A stretch of DNA of 64,000 nt from Opitutales bacterium (GTDB taxonomy: Bacteria; Verrucomicrobiota; Verrucomicrobiia; Opitutales; PNEW01): positions 2,628,720 to 2,692,719 of the forward strand of contig OY829953.1 in NCBI GenBank assembly GCA_963692525.1. Reading direction: 5' to 3'. This document shows, piece after piece, positions 9,897-21,098 of the stretch; position 1 is the first letter of the stretch, and the number at the start of each line of letters is the position of its first letter. The position numbers were made by a program, and so were the translations under genes. A model generated the notes under the pieces. It saw nothing but the letters and a program-made list of their open reading frames with translations. It was not told the DNA's origin and made no database searches.

Positions 9897-11037
9897 ATGA
9901 TACTGGATACCGAGATACGTTCCAAAATTGAAGAAATAAACCGGCGGGCGGGTTACCTATGGAGGTATCTTTGACGCCGATGTTAAGCTTGGTGAAATAG
10001 CGGATATCGAAGTAGAGATGGGTCAACCTGCTTTTTGGGACAACCACGAAAATGCTCAAAAGAAGGCATCTCAAATAAGTCAGATGAAGCAGTTGATTAA
10101 TCCTGTTATCGAGTTTCGTAAAAAGTTGGCAGATCTCACAGCGATAGAGGAGCTTGTATCGGAAGCATCAGCTGAAGAAGCGCAGGAATTGTTAAGTGAA
10201 ATTGAACCAATTACTGAAAAGCTTGCCGGGGATATCGATGACTTGGAGATAAAATCATTTTTAAGTGGGCCTCATGATAAATCTAACGCTATTATAAGTA
10301 TACATGCGGGTGCGGGCGGAACTGAATCCTGTGATTGGGCGGAAATGCTGTTGCGCATGTATACCCGCTGGTGTGAACGTCGAGGGTTTAATGTGACGAT
10401 TCAGGATCTTCAGGCAGGTGAAGAAGCGGGCATCAGCCGGGTTTCCATGCATATTCAGGGTGAATTCGCTTACGGCTATGCAAAGGCTGAGCGCGGAGTG
10501 CATCGTCTGGTCCGCATTAGTCCCTTTGACTCGAATAGTCGCCGACACACATCCTTTTGCGCGGTCGATGTGATAGCGGAAATAGAAGATGATGTTGATA
10601 TTGAATTTAAAGATGATGATTTACGTGTTGATACCTACCGTTCGAGTGGGAAGGGTGGTCAACATGTCAATAAATCTGATACCGCGGTGCGCATCACTCA
10701 TTTGCCTACAGGTATATTTGTCGCCTGTCAAAATGAACGCTCGCAATACAAAAATAAGGCGACTGCATTAAAAGTACTTAAATCACGTATTTTCGAAAAG
10801 ATGGAGGATGAAAAACGTGCGGAACGCGATAAATTTTATGGAGAAAAAAACGAAATCGGCTGGGGTAATCAAATACGCAGTTATGTATTTCAACCTTATC
10901 AGATGGTAAAAGATTTACGCACCAGTGTAGACACATCCAATATACAGGCCGTGATGGATGGTGATATAGATCAATTTGTCAATGCCTGGCTGCGGGCTGG
11001 TTGTCCCACCTCTCGTATTAAAGTATCAGATAATTAA
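9897..11037 (+). CDS. prfB: Peptide chain release factor 2, expressed through a programmed +1 frameshift at 9969-9975
   Basis: Frame-0 ORF ATG 9897 encodes [25 protein letters not shown] and stops at TGA 9972-9974. The +1 frame continues from GAC 9973 in frame with track ORF 10018-11037 (…[10 protein letters not shown]…, the GGQ motif). Confidence 0.9.
9961..9975 (+). promoter_or_regulatory. prfB autoregulatory +1 frameshift site (internal SD-like GGAGG, then TAT CTT TGA C)
   Basis: GGAGGTATCTTTGAC read directly from the sequence. It matches the canonical RF2 frameshift cassette (SD-like element, CUU slippery codon, in-frame UGA followed by C). Confidence 0.9.
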
Positions 11038-11053
11038 ATAGATTAATATATCG

Positions 11054-12463
11054 ATGGAAGCGACAGTGCTAAGTTATAGTGAGATTCTTGCTGCCTTAGA
11101 GCGACAACCTTTATTCGAGGATAAGACCTGGAAGTTGTCACCTGAACCTTTTCCGCTTACCTTAGATGATGTCGCCCAGATAGATGAAATCGGAGTAGCT
11201 TGTTTGGAGTTCTATCGTGTGCTTGAGATACTCTATTTAAGATCGGTCGAAGATAAGAATCTATTGCGCAATAAATCGCTTAAAGCACCGTGGGTAGCGG
11301 GATATCTCGATCGCGGTAAACCAGAAAAATTAATTAATCATGCGCGTTCCAAACGCTTGCGTGGAGAAACCCCCCTCGTTATTCGTCCAGACTTACTTTT
11401 GACAGACGATGGTTTCGCACTTACAGAAATTGATTCCGTTCCCGGGGGTATTGGCTTAACTGCCTTTCTCGCTCAGCTTTACTACCGGGAGGGAATTAAG
11501 CTTGTTGGCGATGCGGATGCAGAAAGTATGATCATCGCTTTCTATGAAGCATTAGCTTCGCGGGCAGAAAATAAAAATTTACCCCTTATTGCCATTCTTG
11601 TCAGCGACGAAGCCAACACTTATCGGCCGGAAATGCAATGGTTAGCTGAAATGCTCCAGCAAAGGGGAAAACGTGTATATTGCTTTCACCACAGTGAAAT
11701 TATGCCTTTGGGAAATACGCTTTGTGCGTCTGTCGATGGCAATCCGGAAAAGATAGATGTTATCTACCGTTTTTGGGAGCTGTTCGACCTCGCGAATGTA
11801 CCCCTTGCGGAATACATCCTGGAAGCCTGGGAGGATTCACAACTCGTGGTCACACCTCCGATGAGACATTTTCAAGAGGAGAAATTAACCCTTGCACTAT
11901 TTCATCATCATTTGCTTGAGGAATTCTGGCGTGAAAACCTCTCTAAATCTTCATTCAAATTATTACGAAAAATCATACCTAATTCATGGATAATGGATCC
12001 GGTAGATCTCCCTCCCAATGCCGTGTTAGATGCGCCTTACATCGGTGGAAAACCTATGACCCATTGGGAGCAACTGGGGGACGCTTCGCAAAAAGAGCGC
12101 AATTTAATTATAAAGATGAGCGGGTTTCATGAAGAGGCCTGGGGTGCACGCAGCGTATTGCTCGGTAGTGACGTTTCAGCCGCTGACTGGCAAAAGGGGA
12201 TTTCTAATGCGCTCAATTCCAGCGAACGCAATCTTTATGTGCTGCAGGAATATCATAAACCCAAACGCCTGAAACACACTCTCTATAGGGGTCCGAATGA
12301 AATCGAAGAAAATGAAGGCCGACTTCGTCTGAGCCCTTATTATTTTGTTAAGGAAAATAAAACAAAAATGGCAGGAATACTTGCTACATTTTGTCCCGCA
12401 GATAAAAAAATAATTCATGGCATGCGTGATGGTGCGATGCTGCCCTGTCAAGTGGTCGGATAG
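11054..12463 (+). CDS. Conserved hypothetical protein, possibly ATP-grasp-like ligase
   Basis: 469-aa ORF 17 nt after prfB. The segment VIRPDLLLTDDGFALTEIDSVPGGIGL resembles the nucleotide-binding strand region of glutathione-synthetase-type ATP-grasp enzymes, by recall only. Confidence 0.6.
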   Translation: MEATVLSYSEILAALERQPLFEDKTWKLSPEPFPLTLDDVAQIDEIGVACLEFYRVLEILYLRSVEDKNLLRNKSLKAPWVAGYLDRGKPEKLINHARSKRLRGETPLVIRPDLLLTDDGFALTEIDSVPGGIGLTAFLAQLYYREGIKLVGDADAESMIIAFYEALASRAENKNLPLIAILVSDEANTYRPEMQWLAEMLQQRGKRVYCFHHSEIMPLGNTLCASVDGNPEKIDVIYRFWELFDLANVPLAEYILEAWEDSQLVVTPPMRHFQEEKLTLALFHHHLLEEFWRENLSKSSFKLLRKIIPNSWIMDPVDLPPNAVLDAPYIGGKPMTHWEQLGDASQKERNLIIKMSGFHEEAWGARSVLLGSDVSAADWQKGISNALNSSERNLYVLQEYHKPKRLKHTLYRGPNEIEENEGRLRLSPYYFVKENKTKMAGILATFCPADKKIIHGMRDGAMLPCQVVG

Positions 12464-12485
12464 ACTGGTAAGTTTAAAAACCTAC

Positions 12486-13685
12486 TCAGTTATTTTGATC
12501 ATTCCACGCAAGTTCATCTTGCTTACGCATAAGCTCCAGCCACTCTTGCATTGTAGACTCATGTACTTTTTTAGCAGAGGAGATACTAAGGGGAATTCCG
12601 GTTATCGAAGATTCAGGAGAAAAAGTAGCTTTCTCGATGCCTTTTTCCGTCAATCTGATCGTATCTTTATACCCATCATTAAAAGTAATCTGTAAGCCGT
12701 CTTTAATGAGCGTCCAGCGACCATTAACCCTAAGAAGACCTTCATCAAAATTGTATTTAATTCGTGTGCATTTACCCCAAGTCTCTATGAGTATAAAATA
12801 GCGGTAAGCGTTTTCATCCCCAACTTCCCAATAGCCTAAAAAACTTTCACTACTTGCCAATCTAGGTTTCCCAAACGTAAAGAAATCTTGAGCTTTCTCA
12901 GCAGTAATACTTTTCGCGAGGGTAATATTTACTGGATTTGATCCAAAGATGCCTCCCTTTTCGATTCCTTCGTAGCTGTAACCTTCCGCTGATGGAATAA
13001 TTTTACCTTGGGTATTATCTTCCCATGTGATAATAGCTTCATCACTGTTTTCCATCCATACTCCCTTTTTCTTTACTACTTCACGCCGAGATGGGTTAGC
13101 ATATTCTACGCTCCCCCCCCTTTTAAGAAAGAGGTAAAAGTTGTCATTATTATTTATAATTATTTCCCAGAAACCGATGTACTGACTTCGAGAAGGGAGT
13201 GTTGCATCAACATGAAGCTGATTACTATCAGTGATATCACTGTTACCCTGAGGAGTTTCCACCACGAGGCTGCCGGCAATATTGCGACTGACTCGCTTTG
13301 CTCTCAGCGTACTTTCAGGATTAATATCTAGGGGAGCACCCGGTAAATAGGCTTCTTTAAAAAAATCTTCACCTGTTCTCGCAAAGACATCACGGAATCC
13401 TGTCGGCCAGGTTAAAATTATTCTTTTACCGTCAGTGACCCATTCACCTTTTTCAATTTTATTACTGGCTTCACCAGACCAGAAAGAAGAGGCACGTCCT
13501 GCTTTTTTAACGATTAAATAAAAAGTGTCACCCGTATTATCTTTAAAAGCCCAATATCCTATTAAATCATTAGGGTCGAAATAAGAAGAGTCTTTGTTGA
13601 TCTGAGCTGACGTATAATTCGAAATAATCGAAAGGATGATGGCGCTGATCATCCACAATCGAGTATATCTATTGATAAATTTCAT
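12486..13685 (-). CDS. Secreted protein with three internal approx 110-aa repeats; function unknown
   Basis: Start moved to MKFINRY... (ATG 13685), which gives a signal peptide ending SAQ. The pattern (I/L)G(Y/F)WE/A....FYL.(V/L)K..G.......G.W......I.(W/F) recurs three times. Confidence 0.7.
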   Translation of the reverse strand: MKFINRYTRLWMISAIILSIISNYTSAQINKDSSYFDPNDLIGYWAFKDNTGDTFYLIVKKAGRASSFWSGEASNKIEKGEWVTDGKRIILTWPTGFRDVFARTGEDFFKEAYLPGAPLDINPESTLRAKRVSRNIAGSLVVETPQGNSDITDSNQLHVDATLPSRSQYIGFWEIIINNNDNFYLFLKRGGSVEYANPSRREVVKKKGVWMENSDEAIITWEDNTQGKIIPSAEGYSYEGIEKGGIFGSNPVNITLAKSITAEKAQDFFTFGKPRLASSESFLGYWEVGDENAYRYFILIETWGKCTRIKYNFDEGLLRVNGRWTLIKDGLQITFNDGYKDTIRLTEKGIEKATFSPESSITGIPLSISSAKKVHESTMQEWLELMRKQDELAWNDQNN

Positions 13686-13971
13686 GAACACCAGATGGAG
13701 CAAATTAATAAAACATATTAAAAAAATGAGTAGTATAATAATTCAATCCAGCGTCTCCGGGTGGGCAAAACAAAAAAGAATGATCTTATAATCAAGAACA
13801 AAAATCATATGTCCATGTGGAAATGACAGGGGCATTCTAATCTATGTTCCTGGATAGAGAAAAAGCTCAATGTATTATGCAATATACCACAGATATTCGA
13901 CTTTATCTAAAAATCCATATTACTCTATTCAGTAAGATATTCAGTGACGAAAAGGGTGAATATCGACACTA

Positions 13972-14742
13972 TTAACAGCCGATTTTCGAGAAATTCAAGG
14001 GTGAGTAGGAAATAGATCCCTGATTTACGCAATCACGGTCAGTTAGTTTTCCTGAAGTGTTGAGACGTTTACTTTGATCAAAGCTAAATTGAAAAGTATC
14101 CTCACCAATATGTTTGAATAAACCACCTGTTCCTCGAACGTCCGGGATCGTATGTTCGATAGGTGTCCCGTTTGTGACCAGATAGGGAAAGTTTACATTA
14201 TGTACAATGATATCCTCTGGTGTCTTACTGGCGTGTTCAATTGTGAATTGTGTAGAAATCGATGCAGCCGTTCGTAATGAGGTTTCAAATTCTTTATCCA
14301 CTTGGCCGTTCTGCTCTTTTATACTATTAAATATTTTTTTAGGTACAACGATTGAAAACGCAAATGCCGGTAACCCCCACAGTGCGCCCTCACTCGCTCC
14401 TGCAATCGTTCCCGAGCACATAATTAAGGGTAGTGATGTATTATAACCGACATTGATTCCTGAAACAACTACATCGGGCTTTTCGCCAAGCAAGTTACTA
14501 AGGGCAATATTGACGCAATCGCTCGGAGTCCCATCAATTGACCACGCTGGACAATTAAAACCTTCAAACTTTTCGACCTTTACCGTTCGGTAACGGCTCA
14601 TTGATTTACTCACCCAGCTTTGTTCCGATTTCGGTGCTGCAACGACCACCGTAAAGTGTTCCTTCAACGCCTCTACCAATACTTGAAGGAAGAAACAGCC
14701 TATTCCGTCATCATTTGTAACGAGAACTCCAGGTTTTTTCAT
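13972..14742 (-). CDS. surE: 5'/3'-nucleotidase SurE
   Basis: 256 aa with the N-terminal VLVTNDDGI signature and a GINVGYN motif. Confidence 0.85.
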   Translation of the reverse strand: MKKPGVLVTNDDGIGCFFLQVLVEALKEHFTVVVAAPKSEQSWVSKSMSRYRTVKVEKFEGFNCPAWSIDGTPSDCVNIALSNLLGEKPDVVVSGINVGYNTSLPLIMCSGTIAGASEGALWGLPAFAFSIVVPKKIFNSIKEQNGQVDKEFETSLRTAASISTQFTIEHASKTPEDIIVHNVNFPYLVTNGTPIEHTIPDVRGTGGLFKHIGEDTFQFSFDQSKRLNTSGKLTDRDCVNQGSISYSPLNFSKIGC

Positions 14743-14991
14743 TTACTGTGATAAGAGATAGAATTCGGTAAAAGATGACGATGGATTTATTCTACCGGAT
14801 CTCGTATAAAAATTAATAAGTGTTGTCCCTGGTGCTATTGATCAAACTGTTTTGTAAATCGTGACAAGGTACAAGCTTAGCCTACTGGGCCAGGGTGATC
14901 AGGTAGCGGTATTCGTCCCGCGAAATCCGAATTATGCAGTGACAAGGGTAGAAGAGGCTATATGGAGTTATCTCTTGAGAAAGATTAGACT

Positions 14992-17232
14992 TTATCTCAA
15001 TCTTGGGGGGCGGGAATCTCTATTTCCGTGACCATCGCGGCGCTCTCGGTTACCCTGTCGTGGGCCACGATCCGGACTTCGTTGCGGTCTTTCTTCGACC
15101 GTTCTTCCTTCCCGTTCGGCCATAGCAATACGTCGACTTAAGCGGATGCGTCCTTTATCATCGGTTTCAATACATTTGACCCACATCTCATCACCCATTT
15201 TGCAAATATCCTCGGGTTTTTCTACGCGGAAGTCGGCCAGTTCTGATATGTGGACAAGACCTTCTTTCCCGGGTAAACACTCAACAAATACGCCAAATTC
15301 TTTAATCCCACGAACAGTCCCTCGATAAATTTTATCAACTTCAATATCTGCCGTCGACATTTCGATTTCTTCTATCGCGCGCTCCATCGATTGTTTATTA
15401 TTCGAGTAAACTAAAATTTTTCCGCTATTATCTTCATTAATGTCGATCCCCGCTCCACTTACTTCTGTAATGCGCCGAATATTTCTGCCTCCCGGACCGA
15501 TGAGGGCGCCAATCTTTTCCGGATCAATTTGCAACTGGTGAATTCGCGGTGCATGTTCATTGAGATCTGGGCGTGGTTCAGCAAGTTCTCCAGACATAAT
15601 TTCGAGAATATCCAGTAATGCTTTCCGGTTGATTGCGACTGCTTCCTTGGCAATTTCAAAGGGAAGACCTTTAATCTTAAGATCCAGTTGAAATCCGGTA
15701 ATACCTTTTTTCGTGCCGCATATTTTGAAATCCATATCGCCGAAATGATCTTCACTGCCCAGGATATCCGTAAGCACGACATGTTTTATAATTTCGCCGG
15801 AATCATCGGTTTTTGTAACCAAACCTACAGAAATACCGGCTACCATGTCAGTAATAGGAACACCGGCATCCATGAGGGCAATACAGCCGCCACAAACGGA
15901 TGCCATGGAACTGGAACCGTTGGATTCCATAATATCGGAGGTCAGACGTACCGTGTAGGGGAAATCATCTTCCGAAGGGATGACGGGTAGCAATGAGCGC
16001 TCTGCAAGTGCACCATGGCCAATTTCTCGACGACCCGGTCCCAAAAATCGTCCTGTTTCGCCAACGGAGTAGGGCGGGAAATTATAGTGTAGGATGAAAG
16101 ACTTTGAGCTCGATCCACCCGTAAGTCCGTCCATGTCTTGGGCGTCTCCGGAAGTTCCTAAAGTTGCAATAACAATATTCTGGGTTTCACCACGTTGAAA
16201 AAAGGCCGATCCATGGACGCGTGGCAATATTCCCGCCTGGCATTCTATGGCACGTAGATCTTGCAGATTGCGCCCATCAGCGCGTTTCCCATTTTCCAGA
16301 ATATTTTCTCGATAAACGTCTTCCTGTAGTACTTCAAAAGCGAGACGCACCTGGTTGGGATCAAAGTTCTCCTCTCCTTCCTTTTCTTTTACTTTTAAGC
16401 TCGTTTCCTCCATGATCGCCTTGACCGCATCATCGCGATCCTGCTTTTGCTCATTAAATACCGCATCGGTTAAACGATCGCCTACAGAGTCCTGGATGAA
16501 TGCGAATAATTCAGGTTTGCAGGTGTGAAGCTCAAATTCTTTTTTGGTTTTCCCTGCCGCCGCGTGTAATTTTTTTTGCGCCTCAATTATTTTTTTAACA
16601 TTCTCGTGCGCAAATTCAAGGGCTTCAAGGAATCGTTCTTCTGATATCTGATCAGCACTTCCCACGATCATCATCATTTCATTTTCATTGCCGACATAAA
16701 TGAGATCGAGCGAGGATTGAAATTGTTGTTCGTGAGATGGGTTTACTATAAATTCTCCCTCCACTTCGCCGACGCGCACGCAACCAATAGGACCGTCCCA
16801 GGGTATATCAGAGATCATCAATGCTGCTGAAGCGCCATTCACCATTAGAATATCCGATTCGTTAACTAAATCGGTCGAAAGCAGCATACCGATTACCTGT
16901 ACTTCATTGAGGAAACCCTTGGGGAATAGGGGTCGAAGTGGGCGATCACATAGACGTGAGGTAAGTGTTTCTTTTTCCGAAGGGCGCCCTTCACGTTTAA
17001 AAAATCCTCCAGGAAAACGTCCCGCCGCGGAAAACTTTTCTCGGTAATCGACGGTCAGGGGAAAAAAATCTTGATCTGGAAAGCGGAGTCCAGAGGCCGC
17101 AGTGGCGGCGACGAAAACCACTGTTTCACCTAATTGAATGGTGATGGCTCCATTAGCTTGTTTTGCCAAGGTGCCGGTTTCAATAGTAATGCCGAGGTCA
17201 TCGACAGTTACCGAATGTTTCTGTTTTAACAT
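14992..17232 (-). CDS. pnp: Polyribonucleotide nucleotidyltransferase (PNPase)
   Basis: 746 aa with two RNase PH domains, KH ([10 protein letters not shown]) and S1 ([14 protein letters not shown]) domains. It lies downstream of rpsO, as in most bacteria. Confidence 0.95.
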   Translation of the reverse strand: MLKQKHSVTVDDLGITIETGTLAKQANGAITIQLGETVVFVAATAASGLRFPDQDFFPLTVDYREKFSAAGRFPGGFFKREGRPSEKETLTSRLCDRPLRPLFPKGFLNEVQVIGMLLSTDLVNESDILMVNGASAALMISDIPWDGPIGCVRVGEVEGEFIVNPSHEQQFQSSLDLIYVGNENEMMMIVGSADQISEERFLEALEFAHENVKKIIEAQKKLHAAAGKTKKEFELHTCKPELFAFIQDSVGDRLTDAVFNEQKQDRDDAVKAIMEETSLKVKEKEGEENFDPNQVRLAFEVLQEDVYRENILENGKRADGRNLQDLRAIECQAGILPRVHGSAFFQRGETQNIVIATLGTSGDAQDMDGLTGGSSSKSFILHYNFPPYSVGETGRFLGPGRREIGHGALAERSLLPVIPSEDDFPYTVRLTSDIMESNGSSSMASVCGGCIALMDAGVPITDMVAGISVGLVTKTDDSGEIIKHVVLTDILGSEDHFGDMDFKICGTKKGITGFQLDLKIKGLPFEIAKEAVAINRKALLDILEIMSGELAEPRPDLNEHAPRIHQLQIDPEKIGALIGPGGRNIRRITEVSGAGIDINEDNSGKILVYSNNKQSMERAIEEIEMSTADIEVDKIYRGTVRGIKEFGVFVECLPGKEGLVHISELADFRVEKPEDICKMGDEMWVKCIETDDKGRIRLSRRIAMAEREGRTVEERPQRSPDRGPRQGNRERRDGHGNRDSRPPRLR

Positions 17233-17439
17233 CTTAATCCTTTATTTCTCTTTTTCTTTAAATTCCACGTAGTAAGTCAGAATTTTGACTTTATTAATAA
17301 AATCTTCTTAAATTTATTTGTCCCTGCAGAAGTATTGCCGTTGCTTTTAAACGAAATAGTGATGGTTTTACCTGGCTAATGCCACCGTGTGTTGACCGGC
17401 ACTTTAATGTGCGGTGAGGGTGAAAATTACCGGCAAGCC

Positions 17440-17706
17440 TTATCTGCGCAATTTCAGGCGCTGCAATAGCTCGTTATATTTTGTAAGGTCGTGTCGCTTA
17501 ACGTAATCGAGCAACTTCCGCCGCCGGCTCGTCATCCCGATCAGCCCGCGACGTGAGTGAAAATCTTTACGATGCGTCCTCAGGTGATCGGTCAGGTGAT
17601 TTATCCGGGATGTGAGGAGGGCTATTTGCACCTCGCTCGATCCTGTGTCCTTGTCATGTACTCGGTAATCGCTTATTATGTTCGTCTTATCAATCGTTTC
17701 TGTCAT
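17440..17706 (-). CDS. rpsO: 30S ribosomal protein S15
   Basis: 88 aa. [28 protein letters not shown] is the S15 signature. Confidence 0.95.
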   Translation of the reverse strand: MTETIDKTNIISDYRVHDKDTGSSEVQIALLTSRINHLTDHLRTHRKDFHSRRGLIGMTSRRRKLLDYVKRHDLTKYNELLQRLKLRR

Positions 17707-18101
17707 TATTTTCTTTCATTTCACAACTTTAGGGACGAGCGTTTTCTTCGTCCGTGAATCCAGCAGAAGCCGGAAACACCGTTTCAGCCCAACAATAAAA
17801 TTGCCGGACAAGTCGCGGAAAAGACTGTGTATACAGCGCTTTTCTCAACGCAAGGGATTAGAAAATGGCTGTATAGCTATCCATTGCAAGCTTTTATTTG
17901 TATTCCGTGCCCTCGTCAGGGAGTGCAAATCGCATACCCTAGTAATTAATGTTCTTTATTCTGTGGCTATGTAAAAATTAAAAGCTTCGTCTTCGCTGGC
18001 CACGGCGTAGTCCCGCTTCTGCGGGATGAAGACGGGTCTGCCTCATCGTCGTCGTTCTCCAATTATTTACAATAATATTGTGTCATAAATTTTGCAAAGC
18101 A

Positions 18102-18127
18102 AGGTGGAGCAGGCAGCGCGTTCCACC
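18102..18127. repeat. Hairpin element, family H2, minimal copy
   Basis: AGGTGGAGCAGGCAGCGCGTTCCACC. It is preceded by the same CTTCGTCTTCG...CAATTATT module that precedes the 48534 copy. Confidence 0.7.
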
Positions 18128-18196
18128 CTGATATTGTATTAAAAATAACTAACGCGAACGCGAAGGAAGACGATGATTAATCCTTCAATGAAGCTA

Positions 18197-18619
18197 TCAA
18201 CCAGCTTTAAAAATTATGCCATTAATATTTTCGCACCCGTCTATTTTCCTGATTCGTTCGAGAATATCATTTTTGCGGAATGTTAATTCCTGACGTAAAA
18301 TTGGGTTGGAAACAGCAATGATCAAACGGTTTTCCTTATCCAAGCGTTGAGGCCGGCACCGGTCAGCATGGGCGCCACCCATAATGTTACGCCAATGAGT
18401 AATGAGATTTTCTTCAAGGCGAAGTTCGCCGATTTTGTATTCCTCGATTAATGTTTCAACCAGGGAATCCATTTTGAAAGCAGGTCGATCAGTAGATTTA
18501 TCAAAATTCTCCGGTAAGGAACGAAAATTCGCGATCAGGTTTTCTACATAGCGTGGGAATTTCATCGAAAACAGACCGGTATATTCAGGATCGGTTTGGT
18601 AAGAGTGAGAGTAATTCAT
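18197..18619 (-). CDS. DUF721 / DciA-like protein
   Basis: C-terminal W..I.G......C.P..L.....L.I.V.N...RQEL.F.K..IL..I pattern. The longest ORF overlaps the upstream HAD gene by 35 nt, so an alternative start at ATG 18565 (MKFPRYV...) is possible. Confidence 0.6.
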   Translation of the reverse strand: MNYSHSYQTDPEYTGLFSMKFPRYVENLIANFRSLPENFDKSTDRPAFKMDSLVETLIEEYKIGELRLEENLITHWRNIMGGAHADRCRPQRLDKENRLIIAVSNPILRQELTFRKNDILERIRKIDGCENINGIIFKAG

Positions 18620-19283
18620 CTAGACGGGTAATGCGATAATAGCCTGGATTTTGATTTTCAGGATCAAGAATCAGTGCATTCCAGCCGGCATTGATTGCTC
18701 CATCAGCATCGCGTAAAGGGTTGTCGCCAATATGAAGAAGATTTGTAGGTTGGAGCCCCAACTTCATTTCAACATGAGAAAAGATTCGGCGATCGGGTTT
18801 CTCGAAACCAATTTCACTCGAAATAAAAATAGACTCAAATAATAAATCCAATCCAATTTCTGTGCTTAAGCTACGGATTCGCTTATCCCAATTAGTTAAC
18901 AGCGCCAGTCTATAGCCGCGTGTTTTCAAAGATTGAAGCGTAGGCAATGCGCCTTCCGAGAGATTCCATCGTTTAGCTAAGGTAAATGTTTCGTAGAGAT
19001 CTTTAAAGATTAGCTCAAAATCTTTATTTTTGCAATAGCGTCCGACCGTTTGCCAAACGATGTTTCGCCAGTATTCAAATTCCGTGTCTTCGCTGAGATT
19101 TTCACGCGTCGTTTCCTGAGCGCGGGCAAATGCAACTTTAAAAAGTGCATTGAGTGCCATCGGTTGGATCGTGACGCGATGATTGGAAAGTACTTCGGCA
19201 TAGATGGCACCAACGGAAGGGTGGGGAGTCAAAAGCGTTCCCGCTACATCGAAAGTGATGCCTGTTATCGCCGTTATATCCAT
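18585..19283 (-). CDS. HAD-superfamily hydrolase (subfamily IA-like)
   Basis: 232 aa with motif I variant ITFDVAGTLL, LLTNWD, and C-terminal HIGDNPLRDADGA (motif IV). Confidence 0.75.
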   Translation of the reverse strand: MDITAITGITFDVAGTLLTPHPSVGAIYAEVLSNHRVTIQPMALNALFKVAFARAQETTRENLSEDTEFEYWRNIVWQTVGRYCKNKDFELIFKDLYETFTLAKRWNLSEGALPTLQSLKTRGYRLALLTNWDKRIRSLSTEIGLDLLFESIFISSEIGFEKPDRRIFSHVEMKLGLQPTNLLHIGDNPLRDADGAINAGWNALILDPENQNPGYYRITRLDELLSLLPNRS

Positions 19284-19400
19284 ACTTTTAGCTAATCATA
19301 GACCATTGACCTTCGACAATAAAATTTTAGATGCTTTTATAGATCCTGACTTTTCTTGACGATCGAGCCTGCCTTTTTATTTTTTGAAAGTTTATCAATT

Positions 19401-20138
19401 ATGGGCTACCTGCAAAATCTGCAATTTATCTATCGCGCCTGGCGCTATCGCCTGAAACTGGAGCCTGAGGAAATTTCTTTTATGATAAAATCACTCACTC
19501 CAGGTGATACAGCCGTTGATATCGGTGCTCATAAAGGGGCCTACACCTACTGGATGCAAAAGACGGTTGGACGAAAGGGGAGAGTATTTTCATTTGAGCC
19601 GCAACCGAAACTCGCAGCATACCTGGAAGCGATGCGGACTTCTCTTAGATTAGATCATGTAAGAGTGGAAGAATTGGGGATTTCCTCAAAGATCGGAAAC
19701 GATGAGCTTTTTGTCCCGGGTTCCGGGCCATCCCCCAGTGCAACTTTGGCTTCCCCTCAAGAGTGTATTCCGGGATCAACTTATGATGTTCGGATTGAAT
19801 CGCTGGACAATTATTTTAAAGAAAAGGATGGAGGGCCCATTCGTCTTCTTAAAGTTGACGTCGAGGGTCATGAATTGAACGTTTTTCGTGGCGCGGAACG
19901 AATTCTGTGTGAGGACCATCCGACATTAATATTCGAATGCGAAAGCCGTCATCATCCTCAGGATAGTATTTACACGGTATTCGATTTTCTTGAAGAACTC
20001 GGTTTTAAAGGGGGATATTATATTCGAGGTAATTTTCAGCCGATAGCACAGTTTAATGAATCTGAGCACCAGGTGTCCGGAAAGTCCCCTTACATTAATA
20101 ATTTCATTTTCGAACATGGATCTACCCCACAAGGGTAG
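19401..20138 (+). CDS. FkbM-family methyltransferase
   Basis: VDIGAHKGAYT...FSFEPQP...LLKVDVEGHE is the FkbM pattern. Start chosen at ATG 19401 rather than the upstream alternative start used in the track. Confidence 0.75.
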   Translation: MGYLQNLQFIYRAWRYRLKLEPEEISFMIKSLTPGDTAVDIGAHKGAYTYWMQKTVGRKGRVFSFEPQPKLAAYLEAMRTSLRLDHVRVEELGISSKIGNDELFVPGSGPSPSATLASPQECIPGSTYDVRIESLDNYFKEKDGGPIRLLKVDVEGHELNVFRGAERILCEDHPTLIFECESRHHPQDSIYTVFDFLEELGFKGGYYIRGNFQPIAQFNESEHQVSGKSPYINNFIFEHGSTPQG

Positions 20139-20148
20139 AAAAGTTAAA

Positions 20149-20940
20149 TCATCCCGGGTCCGAACTATCATTTAGAGATTTATTATGCTCATATAGTTTA
20201 CTGTAGCGAACAAGCGTATAGAAGGCCATGCTTGCCGCAATATAAAATCCAGGGAACCCGTCCAAAAAGCCACATTTTATAAAATACCCTCTCATAAATC
20301 GCCACCAGGGTCTCATGACTGTTTGAATGACTGACCAACGCTTACCCGCTTCCAATTGCCGTTTTAAAAAAATATCAGAAAAGTAAATTATCTTTTCAAT
20401 TTGGGCGTTTAAACTCGGATAGGTATAATGATGGAGGTCGCCGCTGATCTTTTGCGCCACACCGTCGAGAACGATTTTTTCATGCTCGCTACCACCGCCC
20501 CATCTCGCGTTTCCCGCACGAAAGAGACGTAGACTGTAATCAGGGTACCAATCGCCATGCGTGATCCAGCGTCCCATAAACCATACTTTTCGCGGGAAAT
20601 AAGCTCCATTAAATGTGGGACTGTCATTTTTAATAAAAGAGATGATTGACGCTTTAAGATTTGTTGAAACCTCTTCGTCTGCGTCAAGAGATAGGATCCA
20701 TGGTTGGGTGGCATAATCCAAAGTTAAGTTTTTTTGGTCGCGATAGCCCTGCCACTCGTGTTCATGAACCTGGGCATTATAGCCGCGCGCAATGTCCATC
20801 GTGCGGTCCGTGCAATCGTTAATTACGAGGATGATTTCATTTACCCAAGGTGCTACGCTATCCAAGCATCTAGCGAGGTTTTCAGCTTCATTGTGCGCAA
20901 TCAATACGACACTGAGAGGATATTTTTTTTCCTGATTCAT
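20149..20940 (-). CDS. Family 2 glycosyltransferase (LPS-core type)
   Basis: 263 aa. LSVVLIAHNEAENLARCLDSV...LSLDADE is the GT2 N-terminal signature with a DxD-like motif. Confidence 0.8.
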   Translation of the reverse strand: MNQEKKYPLSVVLIAHNEAENLARCLDSVAPWVNEIILVINDCTDRTMDIARGYNAQVHEHEWQGYRDQKNLTLDYATQPWILSLDADEEVSTNLKASIISFIKNDSPTFNGAYFPRKVWFMGRWITHGDWYPDYSLRLFRAGNARWGGGSEHEKIVLDGVAQKISGDLHHYTYPSLNAQIEKIIYFSDIFLKRQLEAGKRWSVIQTVMRPWWRFMRGYFIKCGFLDGFPGFYIAASMAFYTLVRYSKLYEHNKSLNDSSDPG

Positions 20941-21098
20941 AAACGACTACTCCAGCCTTCCACTGCGGTAAAAATTAGAATGCACTGTTCGTTAATTGTA
21001 AATTAATTTTATGATTGATACAGATTCAAAGAGCATAAAAATGCGTTATGAGGAATAACACACAGGTGAATTTCAACTGATTAATCGAGAAATGATCA

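Noticed and set aside
9880-10074. 64-aa minus-strand ORF across the prfB frameshift region
   Set aside because: The region is fully explained by prfB frame 0 plus the +1 frame.
14743-14991. The spacer between surE and pnp considered as a possible SRP/6S-type small RNA
   Set aside because: On either strand I could not find the conserved SRP GGAA/AGCA motifs or a 6S-like long helix. There is no basis for a call.
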